A stretch of 64,000 nucleotides of DNA from an uncultured Lachnospiraceae bacterium (GCA_910586125.1 CAJUHP010000003.1:98552-162551), one strand, 5' to 3'; shown: positions 9,355 to 19,399, counted from the first letter of the stretch. Notes: generated by a model from the sequence alone, not told the origin. Made by a program: numbers and translations.

Positions 9355-9654
9355 ATGATTTTTGCAACGAAAAGCAATGGAAGTTATCGCGCCATTCTCT
9401 ATGAGGGACGGGAATACCTTCCTTATTGTCTGGTGTCAGGCAAAGAACGGAGTACATATTTAGGCTATCTGGAAGGGGATGATATGGAGGAGATTTATAA
9501 ATACAGCGGTTACTCTGCCAGAGAGTGGCTGCTGAATTATCTGGATGCGGGAAGTGACAAAAAAGCACTCCTGTACCGGGAACGAAGCGTGACGGAGATT
9601 CCAGAGGGACTGAAGTCGGAATACGAGTGGAATGAATTTCTGCCGTTATCCTAG
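9355..9654 (+). CDS. hypothetical 99-aa protein
   Basis: SD GAGAGGAGAG lies 5-8 nt upstream and the gene starts 19 nt after the previous stop. No recognisable motif. Composition is lower in GC than the flanks. Confidence 0.4.
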   Translation: MIFATKSNGSYRAILYEGREYLPYCLVSGKERSTYLGYLEGDDMEEIYKYSGYSAREWLLNYLDAGSDKKALLYRERSVTEIPEGLKSEYEWNEFLPLS

Positions 9655-9656
9655 TT

Positions 9657-9944
9657 TTATTGCCCTTCTGTGCAGAAAAAAGCGAAACAGAGCAGAAGGA
9701 TATGTAAAATCAGGAGAAGAGGAACTGTGACAGAAAATTTTGCCTTGCGGGTTTTGTGATGAAACCGATACATGGCGAAAAGCGCGCCAGCACTTCCGCC
9801 GCAGAAAGCCGTAAGAAGAAGCGTGCGTTCCGAAATACGCCATCTGTCCCGGATCGCCCGGCGCTTGTCAATAAAAAAGAGGATAAAAGCGGTGAGATTT
9901 ACCGCAATACAAAAGAACAGAAGAAAAAGCTGCCAGTCAGACAT
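9657..9944 (-). CDS. DUF1294 family small membrane protein
   Basis: FIDKRRAIRDRWRISERTLLLTAFCGGSAGALFAMYRFHHKTRK matches the DUF1294 signature as I recall it. SD AAGGAGAT. Confidence 0.7.
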   Translation of the reverse strand: MSDWQLFLLFFCIAVNLTAFILFFIDKRRAIRDRWRISERTLLLTAFCGGSAGALFAMYRFHHKTRKAKFSVTVPLLLILHILLLCFAFFCTEGQ

Positions 9945-10032
9945 AAGAAAATCTCCTTGTGTATGGTTGCTGTCTTGTAACTATAACATGGACGGAGGAT
10001 TTTTTCAATAGCGCCTGGGGCAGCTCTTTTCC

Positions 10033-10836
10033 TTATCGGACCATGGCTCGCGTAAAAGAAAAAAGCGCTGCGGCCAAAAGGAAAAAGATCACTAAGACGT
10101 CCCATTGATCCAGAAACGGTTCGGCAATCATTTTTGATAGCATTCCGTTGGTAATCAGCAGACATAAAATAGCAGATAAAAAGGTAATTCCAAAAGCGAT
10201 CCCTTTTCTTTCTGTTCCCATGCGTTGAAAGACAGCGACAGCGCTCCACAGAAACAAAAGGAAAATGACAGATGCTGCCGTACCGATGGAAAAAACCTCT
10301 TTCGTTTCTGTCAGGCGGCTAAGCAAAAATAAATAGGGAATGATAAAAATACTCAAAGATTGTAAGCCCAGGAGGAGCCCTCTTTTGCCTAACAGGAAAA
10401 CAGGGAACGAGATAACCCATGCGAGGGCAATAGAACTGACAGGAATCCATGCCCATGTAATCCGGCCGGATATAGCAAGGTTACAGATCAGGCACACCAG
10501 AATGCCTGTCAGGAGAATCCCTGAATAAAGGCTTCCTATCGTTCGCTTTTTGTTTTGTTTTTTCTCTTCCTTTCTTTTGCGGACAATCAAATGTTCCTCT
10601 GTCTTCTCTTCGCAGTCTTGTGCGGCAACGGCCTTTCCGCTCAGCAGTTCATTTGCAGAGATGCCAAGTATTTCGCACAGCGGCAGCATGATGGAGGAGT
10701 CGGGCATACTTTTTCCGGTCTCCCATTTGGATACCGCTCTGTCTGTGATATTCAGCTTTTCTGCCAATTGTGCCTGCGTGAGTTTTTTTGCTTTCCGGCA
10801 TTCGGCAATATATTTTCCGATTTCTATTTGATTCAT
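10033..10836 (-). CDS. XRE-family helix-turn-helix regulator fused to a multi-TM domain
   Basis: N-terminal HTH_3 (LTQAQLAEKLNITDRAVSKWETGKSMP), a Lys/Glu linker, then 5-6 TM helices. ATG 10836 with SD GGAGAAAG is preferred over the ORF-track start at 10965. Confidence 0.75.
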   Translation of the reverse strand: MNQIEIGKYIAECRKAKKLTQAQLAEKLNITDRAVSKWETGKSMPDSSIMLPLCEILGISANELLSGKAVAAQDCEEKTEEHLIVRKRKEEKKQNKKRTIGSLYSGILLTGILVCLICNLAISGRITWAWIPVSSIALAWVISFPVFLLGKRGLLLGLQSLSIFIIPYLFLLSRLTETKEVFSIGTAASVIFLLFLWSAVAVFQRMGTERKGIAFGITFLSAILCLLITNGMLSKMIAEPFLDQWDVLVIFFLLAAALFSFTRAMVR

Positions 10837-10859
10837 TTTGCTTTCTCCTTTCACTGCAA

Positions 10860-10888
10860 ATGATACACCAGATTGCATGGATTGTAAA
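10860..10888 (-). promoter_or_regulatory. promoter of the XRE-membrane gene (TTTACA-17-TATCAT)
   Basis: Minus-strand hexamers at 10883-10888 and 10860-10865. A TGCAA...TTGCA inverted repeat brackets the -10. Confidence 0.5.
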
Positions 10889-11043
10889 CAAACCGGAGGT
10901 GGAAGGAAGCGGCTCAACCGCCGGTTGGGAAGACAATCCCACATCCGTTTCCTTTTTTCTATCATTTAGCACAGAAGATTGGATTTTGGACAGCAGAATC
11001 CAGGAAAATAAGGCAGGGGCAGCAAAAAAATAGAAATCCGGTC

Positions 11044-11072
11044 TTGACAAATCCTCGATTCGCCCGTATGAT
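11044..11072 (+). promoter_or_regulatory. promoter of the valS T-box leader (TTGACA-17-TATGAT)
   Basis: TTGACA at 11044-11049 and TATGAT at 11067-11072. Confidence 0.65.
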
Positions 11073-11326
11073 AAGAAAAAAGGTTGAGACGAAGAAGAGT
11101 ACGCCTGCAGGCGCCCCCAGAGAGAACCGTTCACCGGCTGAGAGACGGTTTGGGACAGCACAGACGGAACGTGGCTTCGGAACCGGCGGACAGAAGGGAT
11201 TGCCTGGTAAGTCTGCACGGCTGGCCCCGTTACAGGCCGAGAGGACGCAGGAATCTCTGCGTTGAAGGTAAGGTGGTACCGCGTTCTTACGCCCTTTCCG
11301 TGCTCTTGCACGGAGGGGGCTTTTTT
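11073..11326 (+). promoter_or_regulatory. T-box riboswitch leader (tRNA-Val sensing) with terminator
   Basis: Stem I elements (GAAGAGTA, CCAGAGAG, GCTGAGAG). The conserved T-box core AAGGTGGTACCGCG at 11270-11283. A terminator hairpin at 11291-11319 followed by T6. A GUG triplet at 11171-11173 sits where the specifier is expected. The ORF-track 5' extension of valS (11262-11378) is this leader. Confidence 0.85.
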
Positions 11327-11378
11327 GGATCTTGGCCGCCTCTGCCTGGGATACCCGTATGAGAGGAGAGAGACAAAT

Positions 11379-14024
11379 ATGAAAAAGGAACTGGAAAAAA
11401 CCTATACGCCTCAGAATATAGAGGGCCGGCTGTATCAGAAATGGATGGACAAAAAATATTTTTCCGCCCATGTCAATCCGGATAAAAAACCCTTTACAGT
11501 CGTCATGCCGCCGCCCAACATCACGGGGCAGCTTCATATGGGGCATGCTCTGGACAACACCATGCAGGACATTCTGATCCGCTATAAGCGGATGCAGGGT
11601 TATGAAGCGCTGTGGCAGCCGGGGACGGATCATGCCTCCATCGCCACAGAGGTAAAAATAACCGATAAGCTGAAACAGGACGGAGTGGATAAGAACGAGC
11701 TGGGCCGCGAAGGGTTTCTGGAAAAAGCGTGGGAGTGGCGGCGCGAATACGGCGGCCGCATCATCAATCAGTTAAAGCGCATGGGGTCCTCTGCCGACTG
11801 GGACAGGGAGCGTTTCACCATGGACGAGGGCTGTTCTGACGCGGTGCAGGAGGTTTTTATCCGCCTGTACAAAAAAGGCTACATTTATAAAGGGAACCGC
11901 ATCATCAACTGGTGTCCGGTGTGTGGGACTTCCATCAGCGACGCCGAGGTGGAACATGCGGAGCAGGCGGGGCATTTCTGGCACATCAAATACCCCATTG
12001 TCGGGGAGGAAGGCTATGTGGAGATCGCCACGACTCGTCCGGAGACGCTGCTCGGAGACACCGCCGTGGCGGTCAATCCTGAGGATGAGCGCTATACGCA
12101 TCTGGTCGGCAAAAAGCTTCGCCTGCCGCTGACCGACCGCGAGATCCCGGTGATTGCCGACTCGTATGTGGATCGGGAGTTCGGCACGGGCTGCGTCAAG
12201 ATCACGCCGGCCCACGACCCCAATGACTTTGAGGTGGGAAAACGGCATCATCTGCCGGAAATCAATATTTTAAATGACGACGCCACGATCAGCGAAGCAT
12301 ACGGCGGCAAGTACGCCGGTATGGACCGGTATGAGGCCAGAAAAGCCATGGTGGCGGATCTGGACGCCCAGGGGCTTTTGGTCCGCGTGGAGGATCACGT
12401 CCACAATGTCGGCACGCATGACCGCTGCAAAACGACGGTGGAGCCGATGATCAAGCCCCAGTGGTTTGTCCGGATGGACGAGATGGCGAAGCCGGCCATC
12501 GAGGCGCTTGAGAGCGGCCGTCTGAAATTTGTGCCGGAGAGCTTCGGCAAGACCTATCTGCACTGGCTGGAGAATATCCGAGACTGGTGCGTCTCCCGCC
12601 AGCTCTGGTGGGGACACCGGATTCCGGCCTGGTACTGCGCCGACTGCGGCGAGATGACGGTCGCAAAGGGAACGCTCACCGAATGTCCAAAGTGCGGCGG
12701 CGCCCATCTGACACAGGATGAGGATACCCTTGACACTTGGTTCTCCTCCGCCCTGTGGCCTTTTTCCACGCTGGGATGGCCAAAGAAGACGGAGGAGCTG
12801 GAATATTTCTATCCGACCGACGTGCTTGTAACCGGCTATGATATCATCTTTTTCTGGGTCATCCGTATGGTGTTTTCCGGTCTGGAGCAAACCGGCAAGG
12901 AGCCGTTCCATACCGTACTCATGCACGGTCTGGTTCGAGATTCCCAGGGGCGCAAGATGAGCAAATCGCTGGGCAACGGCATCGATCCGCTGGAGGTGAT
13001 CGACAAATACGGCGCCGACGCGCTGCGCATGACTCTGATGACAGGCAACGCCCCCGGCAACGATATGCGTTTTTACTGGGAGCGTGTGGAAGCCAGCCGG
13101 AATTTTGCCAATAAGGTGTGGAATGCCTCCCGTTTTATTCTGATGAATGTGGAAAAAGCGCCGGTAGCGCAGGTGGATCTGGATGCCCTGACCGATGCCG
13201 ACAAATGGATTCTGTCCGAATGCAACACGCTGGCGAAAGACGTCACCGAAAACATGGATAAATATGAGCTGGGGATTGCGCTGCAGAAGGTGTACGACTT
13301 TATCTGGGAAGAATTCTGTGACTGGTATATCGAGATGGTAAAACCCCGTCTGTACCAGGATGCGGACGCGACCAAAGCGGCGGCGCTGTGGACGCTGAAA
13401 ACGGTGCTGATTCAGTCCCTAAAGCTTCTGCATCCCTATATGCCGTTTATTTCGGAAGAGATCTTCTGCACGCTGCAGGAGGAGGAAGAATCCATCATGA
13501 TTTCCTCGTGGCCGCAGTACCGGCCGGAGTGGAATTTCCCCGCGGAGGAAGAATCCGTCAGCCGGATCAAGGAGGCGGTACGCGCGATCCGCAACGTGCG
13601 CAGTTCCATGAACGTGCCGCCGTCCAAAAAAGCCCATGTGTTTGTGGTGTCGGAGGAGGAGAGAGTCCGTGAGATCTTTGAGAAAGGCCGCGTGTTTTTT
13701 GCCAGTCTCGGTTTGGCCAGCGAGGTGACGGTGCAGGCGGACCAGACGGGAATCGCGGAAGACGCCGTGTCGGCCGTGATTCATCAGGCTGTGCTTTACC
13801 TGCCCTTTGCGGAGCTGGTGGATGTGGAAAAAGAGATCGAGCGGCTGAAAAAAGAGGAGGAGCGGCTGAATAAGGAGCTGGACCGCGTAAACCATATGCT
13901 GTCCAACGAGAAGTTTGTCAGCCGTGCGCCCGAAGCCAAGATTGCCGAGGAGCGGGCAAAGCAGGAGAAATACCGGCAGATGATGGAGCAGGTACAGGAG
14001 AGGCTTTCGCAGCTCAAAGGATAA
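11379..14024 (+). CDS. valS: valine--tRNA ligase
   Basis: HIGH-type motif [19 protein letters not shown] motif, C-terminal coiled coil; 881 aa. Confidence 0.95.
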   Translation: MKKELEKTYTPQNIEGRLYQKWMDKKYFSAHVNPDKKPFTVVMPPPNITGQLHMGHALDNTMQDILIRYKRMQGYEALWQPGTDHASIATEVKITDKLKQDGVDKNELGREGFLEKAWEWRREYGGRIINQLKRMGSSADWDRERFTMDEGCSDAVQEVFIRLYKKGYIYKGNRIINWCPVCGTSISDAEVEHAEQAGHFWHIKYPIVGEEGYVEIATTRPETLLGDTAVAVNPEDERYTHLVGKKLRLPLTDREIPVIADSYVDREFGTGCVKITPAHDPNDFEVGKRHHLPEINILNDDATISEAYGGKYAGMDRYEARKAMVADLDAQGLLVRVEDHVHNVGTHDRCKTTVEPMIKPQWFVRMDEMAKPAIEALESGRLKFVPESFGKTYLHWLENIRDWCVSRQLWWGHRIPAWYCADCGEMTVAKGTLTECPKCGGAHLTQDEDTLDTWFSSALWPFSTLGWPKKTEELEYFYPTDVLVTGYDIIFFWVIRMVFSGLEQTGKEPFHTVLMHGLVRDSQGRKMSKSLGNGIDPLEVIDKYGADALRMTLMTGNAPGNDMRFYWERVEASRNFANKVWNASRFILMNVEKAPVAQVDLDALTDADKWILSECNTLAKDVTENMDKYELGIALQKVYDFIWEEFCDWYIEMVKPRLYQDADATKAAALWTLKTVLIQSLKLLHPYMPFISEEIFCTLQEEEESIMISSWPQYRPEWNFPAEEESVSRIKEAVRAIRNVRSSMNVPPSKKAHVFVVSEEERVREIFEKGRVFFASLGLASEVTVQADQTGIAEDAVSAVIHQAVLYLPFAELVDVEKEIERLKKEEERLNKELDRVNHMLSNEKFVSRAPEAKIAEERAKQEKYRQMMEQVQERLSQLKG

Positions 14025-14082
14025 GCGGTATGGCGCGTTTACAGCACAGAGAATCGACCTGAAAACGGAGGATAGGGAGAAC

Positions 14083-14733
14083 ATGAAAAGAGGCGCTATT
14101 TTTGATATGGACGGCCTTCTATTTGACACAGAGCGGATTTATCAGGAAAACTGGCTTCTGACGGCCAGAGAATACGGCTTTGAGCCGCATCCGGATTTTC
14201 CGCGGGCGATCTGCGGCACCTGCGGGGCCCACACGAGAGAGGTGATCCGCTCCTTCTATCCGTCCGTGGACGCGGAAGAATTTCTTCAGAGCTGCTTAAG
14301 ACGGGTTCTTCGGCAGCAGGAGGAAGGGATAGAGGAAAAGCCTGGCGTGCGCGAGATTCTGGCCTTCTTTCAGAGCAGCGGTATCCGGCTGGCGGTAGCC
14401 AGCAGCAGCGCGCATGCGCAGATCGAAAAAAATCTGAGCCGGGCCGGACTTCGCCCCTGCTTTGACGCGGTAGTCAGCGGCGACCAGGTAAAAAAGGGCA
14501 AGCCGGAGCCGGATATCTTTCTGGAAGCCGCCCGCCGTCTTGACCTGCCGCCGCAGGACTGCTATGTGTTTGAAGACGGGATCAACGGCATTCTGGCCGG
14601 GGCGAGAGCCGGCTGCGCTGCCGTCATGATCCCCGACCTTCTTGCCCCGGATGAGAAGACGCGCAGCGTCTGCGCCGGGATTTTTGACAGCCTGTCCTGC
14701 GCGATGGCGGCGATTGCCCGGGGAGAATTGTAA
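14083..14733 (+). CDS. HAD-superfamily hydrolase (beta-phosphoglucomutase-like subfamily IA)
   Basis: Motif I IFDMDGLLFDTE, and later GKPEPDIFL and FEDGINGILAG. Confidence 0.8.
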   Translation: MKRGAIFDMDGLLFDTERIYQENWLLTAREYGFEPHPDFPRAICGTCGAHTREVIRSFYPSVDAEEFLQSCLRRVLRQQEEGIEEKPGVREILAFFQSSGIRLAVASSSAHAQIEKNLSRAGLRPCFDAVVSGDQVKKGKPEPDIFLEAARRLDLPPQDCYVFEDGINGILAGARAGCAAVMIPDLLAPDEKTRSVCAGIFDSLSCAMAAIARGEL

Positions 14734-14884
14734 CGCACTGCGGTATGAACCGAACGAATCTGATGTCTGACAGATTGCTATCCCGAAGGCTGTCGAAAAA
14801 AATTTAAAAAAAAGATAGCGCAAACAGAGAAGATATGATATTCTAACAGGGAATGTAGGATAGCAGCCAGAAGGGAGTAATCTT

Positions 14885-15028
14885 ATGATACAATTTGAAG
14901 AAGAACTGGCGAAGTTCAAACCCAGCAAGGAGATCGACGAGGTAGAGAACATTTTGCGCAGCCAGACCGTGGCTGATATGACAGATATCCTGGCGGAGAT
15001 CATGGAAGAGAAAAGGAAAGAGCAGTAG
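14885..15028 (+). CDS. unannotated 47-aa charged helical micro-protein (candidate)
   Basis: ATG 14885 preceded by GGGAG. The TAG stop abuts the ATG of the next gene (TAGATG). Translation: MIQFEEELAKFKPSKEIDEVENILRSQTVADMTDILAEIMEEKRKEQ. Below the ORF-track size cutoff. Confidence 0.35.
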   Translation: MIQFEEELAKFKPSKEIDEVENILRSQTVADMTDILAEIMEEKRKEQ

Positions 15029-16417
15029 ATGAACTGTTTTCATTGTGGCAATCGTTTGGGCAAGAGCGACATGTGTCTGACCTGCGGGCAGGATGTCCGG
15101 TTATTTAAAAAGATTGTAGCCGCCTCCTGGCGATATTATGATGAGGCGCTGAAAAAAGCACGCAACCGGGATTTGAGCGGCACCGTGGAGGAACTGAAAA
15201 ACAGTCTGGTTCTCTACAAAAAGAATACGGAGGCCCGCAACCTGTTGGGGCTCATCTACTATGAGATGGGAGATATCGCGGAAGCTCTGATTCAGTGGGT
15301 GATCAGCGACAATCTGGACCCGGATTCCCATCACGCCGCCTCGCTCTTATCCAAAGTGCAGTCGGATCAGGTGGAACTGCAAAAGGGCAGCCTGATGGTG
15401 CGCAAGTATAATCAGGCGCTGCGCTATGTGCAGGGGGACAGCGAGGATCTGGCGCTTTTGCAGCTCAATAAAGTTCTTGACATCAATCCCCGCATGGTCA
15501 AGGGCAATCTTTTGATGGCGCTTTTGCAGCTCAAGGCTGGGCAGCCCGATAAGGCCGAGAAATATGTCCGTGCGGTTTTAAAGGTGGATCGCACCAATGT
15601 TACGGCGCTGCGCTATGAGGGGGAGCTTCACACAAAGGAGACGCGCAAGGCAGCGGTAAAGGAGAAGGAAAAAATCACAGTCAGCAAGGACGCCGAGGTA
15701 CGCCGCGGGCTGAGCGGAGACGATGTGATTGTTCCCACCTATAAGGAGAGCAAGATCGGTCTGATGACGGTTTTTGAGGTTTTGGCCGGTCTGATTCTGG
15801 GAGCCCTGCTGGTGGCTTATCTGATCATGCCGTCCCGGATCAGCAGCCTGAAAGCGGACTTCAATGCGACGATCAGCTCCTACAATGAGCGCCTGTCGGC
15901 CAGGGAAGCGATCATTGCGGCGGGGGAGGCGGAGATTGAGGAGCTGAAAAAGCGGATTTCCGGTCTGGAAGAGGATGTGGATTCAGCGAAGGACAGTTCT
16001 GTCGCCGTGCGGGAAGAGTACAATAAGCTGCTTCAAGCTTACCGGGCCTGTTATGCGAACGAGTATCTGCAGGGAGCCCGGATTTATCTGACCATCGACG
16101 GCCAGGCGGTCGCGGACCGGGTGTTTCGGGAGAGTTATCAGGTTTTAGCGGACGAGTTTACGCAGAACGGTTATACCGTACTTCTGCAGGCGGGCAGAAA
16201 TCAATATGATCAGCGCCATTATCAGGAAGCCACAGAATATTTTGCGACCTGCCTGGAGTTGGCGTCAGAAGAGGACAGCGTCGAAGCCCGCTTCTGGATG
16301 GGGCTGGCCTATGTGAATCTGGCGGATCGGGAGACGGCCAAAACTTATTTTGAATCGGTTATCGAGATCGCGCCGGAGAGCAGTTATGCGGCGCAGAGCC
16401 TCCAGTTTATCCAATAA
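15029..16417 (+). CDS. zinc-ribbon / TPR-repeat membrane protein
   Basis: N-terminal CxxC-x8-CxxC, TPR-like repeats, one central TM helix, a coiled coil, and C-terminal TPR-like repeats. Confidence 0.65.
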   Translation: MNCFHCGNRLGKSDMCLTCGQDVRLFKKIVAASWRYYDEALKKARNRDLSGTVEELKNSLVLYKKNTEARNLLGLIYYEMGDIAEALIQWVISDNLDPDSHHAASLLSKVQSDQVELQKGSLMVRKYNQALRYVQGDSEDLALLQLNKVLDINPRMVKGNLLMALLQLKAGQPDKAEKYVRAVLKVDRTNVTALRYEGELHTKETRKAAVKEKEKITVSKDAEVRRGLSGDDVIVPTYKESKIGLMTVFEVLAGLILGALLVAYLIMPSRISSLKADFNATISSYNERLSAREAIIAAGEAEIEELKKRISGLEEDVDSAKDSSVAVREEYNKLLQAYRACYANEYLQGARIYLTIDGQAVADRVFRESYQVLADEFTQNGYTVLLQAGRNQYDQRHYQEATEYFATCLELASEEDSVEARFWMGLAYVNLADRETAKTYFESVIEIAPESSYAAQSLQFIQ

Positions 16418-16549
16418 CGCCTGGGAGGCCGGAGGTGTCACAAACCTGTCCGGCAAAATACAAAAGAAGAAAGCACATGCTGCAAAGGAAGAAAACTCTT
16501 TTTGGTGTGTGCTTTTTTGGTGCAAAACAATGGCTTTCAGGAGGATGAC

Positions 16550-16870
16550 ATGAGCGAACAAATATCCTATGAAAAGAGGCAGGGAACGCTGTATCTGCAT
16601 CTGCCGCCGGAAATTGATCATCACAGCAGCCGCGAGATTCGGGATAAAACGGAGGAATACCTGCGGGAGAGCGGAATCCGCCGGATTGTTTTTGATTTTT
16701 CCCGGACAACCTTTATGGACAGTTCCGGGATCGGGGCCTTGCTGGGGCGGTATAAACGCATGAAGGAGAGGGGAGGAAGCGTAGCCGTGTGCGGCGTCGA
16801 TGAACGAATCCGGCGGCTTCTGCGGATTTCCGGCGTAGACCGGCTGATTCCCGAGACAAAAGAGGCGTAG
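16550..16870 (+). CDS. spoIIAA: anti-sigma-F factor antagonist SpoIIAA (STAS domain)
   Basis: STAS fold with the phosphorylatable Ser context FMDSSGIGALLG. SD CAGGAGG. First gene of the spoIIA operon by synteny. Confidence 0.85.
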   Translation: MSEQISYEKRQGTLYLHLPPEIDHHSSREIRDKTEEYLRESGIRRIVFDFSRTTFMDSSGIGALLGRYKRMKERGGSVAVCGVDERIRRLLRISGVDRLIPETKEA

Positions 16871-16944
16871 CTTGACCGACAGCCGAAGAACGAAAAACGA
16901 ATAACGAATAACGGCCTGAAAGGGCGTCAGAAAGGGAGATAAGG

Positions 16945-17370
16945 ATGGAGAAGATGAGTGTTGAGATGGAGAGCCGTTCCAGCAACGAACAGTTTGCCAG
17001 AGTGGTAACGGCGGTGTTTCTGTCTCGTATGGACCCCACGGTGGAAGAGCTGGACGACGTGAAAACAGCGGTTTCAGAAGCTGTGACAAACTGTATTATT
17101 CATGGATATGAGGGGGGCGGCGGCACGATCCGGCTGGAGGCAGAGATCGACGGGAGAGAGGCGACGGTGCGGATCACAGACCAAGGCGTCGGGATTGCCG
17201 ATGTAAAAAAAGCGATGGAACCGCTGTACACCACCAAACCGTCGGAGGAGCGCTCCGGCATGGGCTTTTCTTTTATGGAAGCGTTTATGGATGAGCTGGA
17301 AGTGGAGTCGAAACCGGGGGAGGGGACGACAGTCACAATGAAAAAGAGGATGGGAAAGGAAGAAGCGTAA
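16945..17370 (+). CDS. spoIIAB: anti-sigma-F factor SpoIIAB (serine kinase)
   Basis: GHKL ATPase motifs (EAVTNCIIHGY, DQGVGI, GMGFSFM) and its position between spoIIAA and sigF. Confidence 0.85.
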   Translation: MEKMSVEMESRSSNEQFARVVTAVFLSRMDPTVEELDDVKTAVSEAVTNCIIHGYEGGGGTIRLEAEIDGREATVRITDQGVGIADVKKAMEPLYTTKPSEERSGMGFSFMEAFMDELEVESKPGEGTTVTMKKRMGKEEA

Positions 17371-17397
17371 AAAACCCCGGTCAGGAGATGAATGTGT

Positions 17398-18120
17398 ATG
17401 GATGAGACGATGGCTTTGATTGAGTCGGCGCACGCGGGGGATAAAGAAGCCAGGGACAGGCTGGTAACGGAGAACATGGGGCTGGTCTGGAGCATTGTCA
17501 GGCGGTTTACCGGCAGAGGACATGAACCGGAGGACCTGTTTCAGATCGGCAGTATCGGTCTGATTAAGGCCATTGATAAATTTGATCTGGCGTATGATGT
17601 GAAATTTTCCACCTACGCCGTGCCGCTGATCATGGGAGAGATCAAACGGTTCATCCGCGACGACGGGATGCTGAAGGTCAGCCGATCTTTAAAGGAGCTG
17701 GCGGCCAGGGCCGGGGGCGTCAGAGAAGAGCTGTCGGCCAGGCTTGGCCGGGAGCCCACGGTGGAGGAGATGGCCGTTCACATGGGGATCTGTACCGAGG
17801 AGCTGGCGGCCGCATTGGACTCCGGCGCTGAGGTGGAGTCTCTGCAGAAGACCATCTATCATGGGGACGGCAACGAAATTTGTCTGATGGACAAGCTGGA
17901 GGAGGAGCGCAACGGGCAGGAGGATGCCGTGAACCGGATGGTTCTGGAGGAACTGCTGCAGGGGCTGGAGCCGCAGGCCAGGCAGATTATTGTGATGCGG
18001 TATTATCAGGAACGGACGCAGACCCAGATCGCAGGGATTCTGGGAATATCGCAGGTGCAGGTGTCCCGGCTGGAGAAAAAAATATTGAAGTCTATGCGGG
18101 ATAAACTGCATGGAAAGTGA
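17398..18120 (+). CDS. sigF: sporulation sigma factor SigF
   Basis: Sigma-70 regions 2-4 (LVWSIVRRF, DLFQIGSIGLIKAIDKFD, QTQIAGILGISQVQVSRLEKK). ATG 17398 fits the SD spacing better than 17392. Confidence 0.9.
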   Translation: MDETMALIESAHAGDKEARDRLVTENMGLVWSIVRRFTGRGHEPEDLFQIGSIGLIKAIDKFDLAYDVKFSTYAVPLIMGEIKRFIRDDGMLKVSRSLKELAARAGGVREELSARLGREPTVEEMAVHMGICTEELAAALDSGAEVESLQKTIYHGDGNEICLMDKLEEERNGQEDAVNRMVLEELLQGLEPQARQIIVMRYYQERTQTQIAGILGISQVQVSRLEKKILKSMRDKLHGK

Positions 18121-18196
18121 GATACTAATGACAGTATCTCATTTTTTTGTCGCCGGCGCGGTCCGGCAAAACAGGAGACAGAAAGGACGATGAAAG

Positions 18197-18346
18197 ATGG
18201 AACATACGGGACGCAGAAAGCTTTTGATTATATTACTGGCGATACTGATTGCGGCGGCGCTCTGGTATGGCTTCTCTCTCTTGACGATTGAGAAGAACAC
18301 GATGCAGGGAACGCTTGTCGAGGCTTTTGAAAAGAGCGTGTTATGA
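18197..18346 (+). CDS. unannotated 49-aa single-TM micro-protein (candidate) coupled to spoVAA
   Basis: ATG 18197 about 10 nt after AGGA. The TGA stop overlaps the spoVAA ATG (ATGA at 18343-18346). Translation: MEHTGRRKLLIILLAILIAAALWYGFSLLTIEKNTMQGTLVEAFEKSVL. Confidence 0.3.
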   Translation: MEHTGRRKLLIILLAILIAAALWYGFSLLTIEKNTMQGTLVEAFEKSVL

Positions 18347-18975
18347 GCAGCACGACGACCGTATATCTGAAACCGGAAAAAAACAGCGAAGTGCATGACA
18401 AGGATGTGTTTTTAAGTCAGGCCGCCAAAGTATGGTGCCGGGATAAGGCGCTGGAGAGCAAATGCAAAGCCATCAAATTGATGACGATCCATGACGAGAA
18501 GGAAAACCGCTATGTCTGTTCGGTTCTGGATGTGGTGGAGAAGATACAGAAGCTGGATGCCAACGCGGAAGTGACCAATCTGGGAGAGATGGATTTTATC
18601 ATAGACTACCAGCCAAAGGTTCGCCGGATTGGAGCCGCGGACTGGGTGAAAACAGCGGCGGTGTGCCTGATTGTGTTTTTCGGCGCGGCGTTTGCCATCA
18701 TGACATTTAATAATGACGGTTCGGTGGCGGAGATTTTTAAGGATGTGTATTATCTGGTGATGAACGAGGAATCCGACGGGATTACCGTTTTGGAGGTCGG
18801 TTATTCCATCGGGCTTCTGGCGGGCGTTCTGATCTTTTTCAACCACTTTGGAAAGCGGAAGCTGACCACGGACCCCACGCCGATTGAAGTGCAGATGCGT
18901 ATCTATGAGGACGAAGTGGATACCACAATCATCAAGAATGCTTCCCGAAAGGAGTCGGGGATCGATGTTCGTTAG
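18343..18975 (+). CDS. spoVAA: stage V sporulation protein AA
   Basis: Resembles B. subtilis SpoVAA as recalled (GYSIGLLAGVLIFFNHFGKRKLTTDPTPIEVQM). Position immediately after sigF, as in Bacillus. Confidence 0.8.
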   Translation: MSSTTTVYLKPEKNSEVHDKDVFLSQAAKVWCRDKALESKCKAIKLMTIHDEKENRYVCSVLDVVEKIQKLDANAEVTNLGEMDFIIDYQPKVRRIGAADWVKTAAVCLIVFFGAAFAIMTFNNDGSVAEIFKDVYYLVMNEESDGITVLEVGYSIGLLAGVLIFFNHFGKRKLTTDPTPIEVQMRIYEDEVDTTIIKNASRKESGIDVR

Positions 18976-19399
18976 CAGATTTTTCCGGCAGATTTTTTTG
19001 TTGTTTTTAGGTGTCAGCGGCGGCGGTTTGGTGGCGGCAGGCGTTTATGCCTTTATCACGATTCTGGGGTTGGTGCCGAGGCTGGCGGCCAGAACCCATA
19101 CAGCGGCGCAGGTGAAGCGGTATGAGAACTGGATCATTCTGGGTTCGGCGTTCGGCAACCTGGTAAACCTGTTTGATATGCCTCTGATGGGGGGATATGT
19201 CCTGATGGCGCTCTGGGGCGTGTGCAGCGGTATCTTTGTGGGCTGTCTGGTCATGTCCCTGGCGGAGACGCTGGACACGGTGCCGACAATCAACCGGAGA
19301 ATTCGTCTGTCCGTGGGAATTCAGTATGTGATCGCCGGGATCGGCATCGGCAAAACGGCGGGGTCGCTTGTATATTTCTTCTATAATATAGCCGCGTGA
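18965..19399 (+). CDS. spoVAB: stage V sporulation protein AB
   Basis: LGVSGGGLVAAGVYAFITILGLVPRLA and IGKTAGSLVYFFY resemble SpoVAB. ATG 18965 overlaps the spoVAA end. Confidence 0.8.
   Translation: MFVSRFFRQIFLLFLGVSGGGLVAAGVYAFITILGLVPRLAARTHTAAQVKRYENWIILGSAFGNLVNLFDMPLMGGYVLMALWGVCSGIFVGCLVMSLAETLDTVPTINRRIRLSVGIQYVIAGIGIGKTAGSLVYFFYNIAA

Noticed and set aside
16418-16549. A sigma-H promoter for the spoIIA operon and a terminator after the TPR gene.
   Set aside because: An AGGAAGA element is present, but no GAAT -10 lies at the right spacing. AAAGCACA/TGTGCTTT can pair, but with a loop of about 35 nt. Neither is convincing enough to report as a feature.
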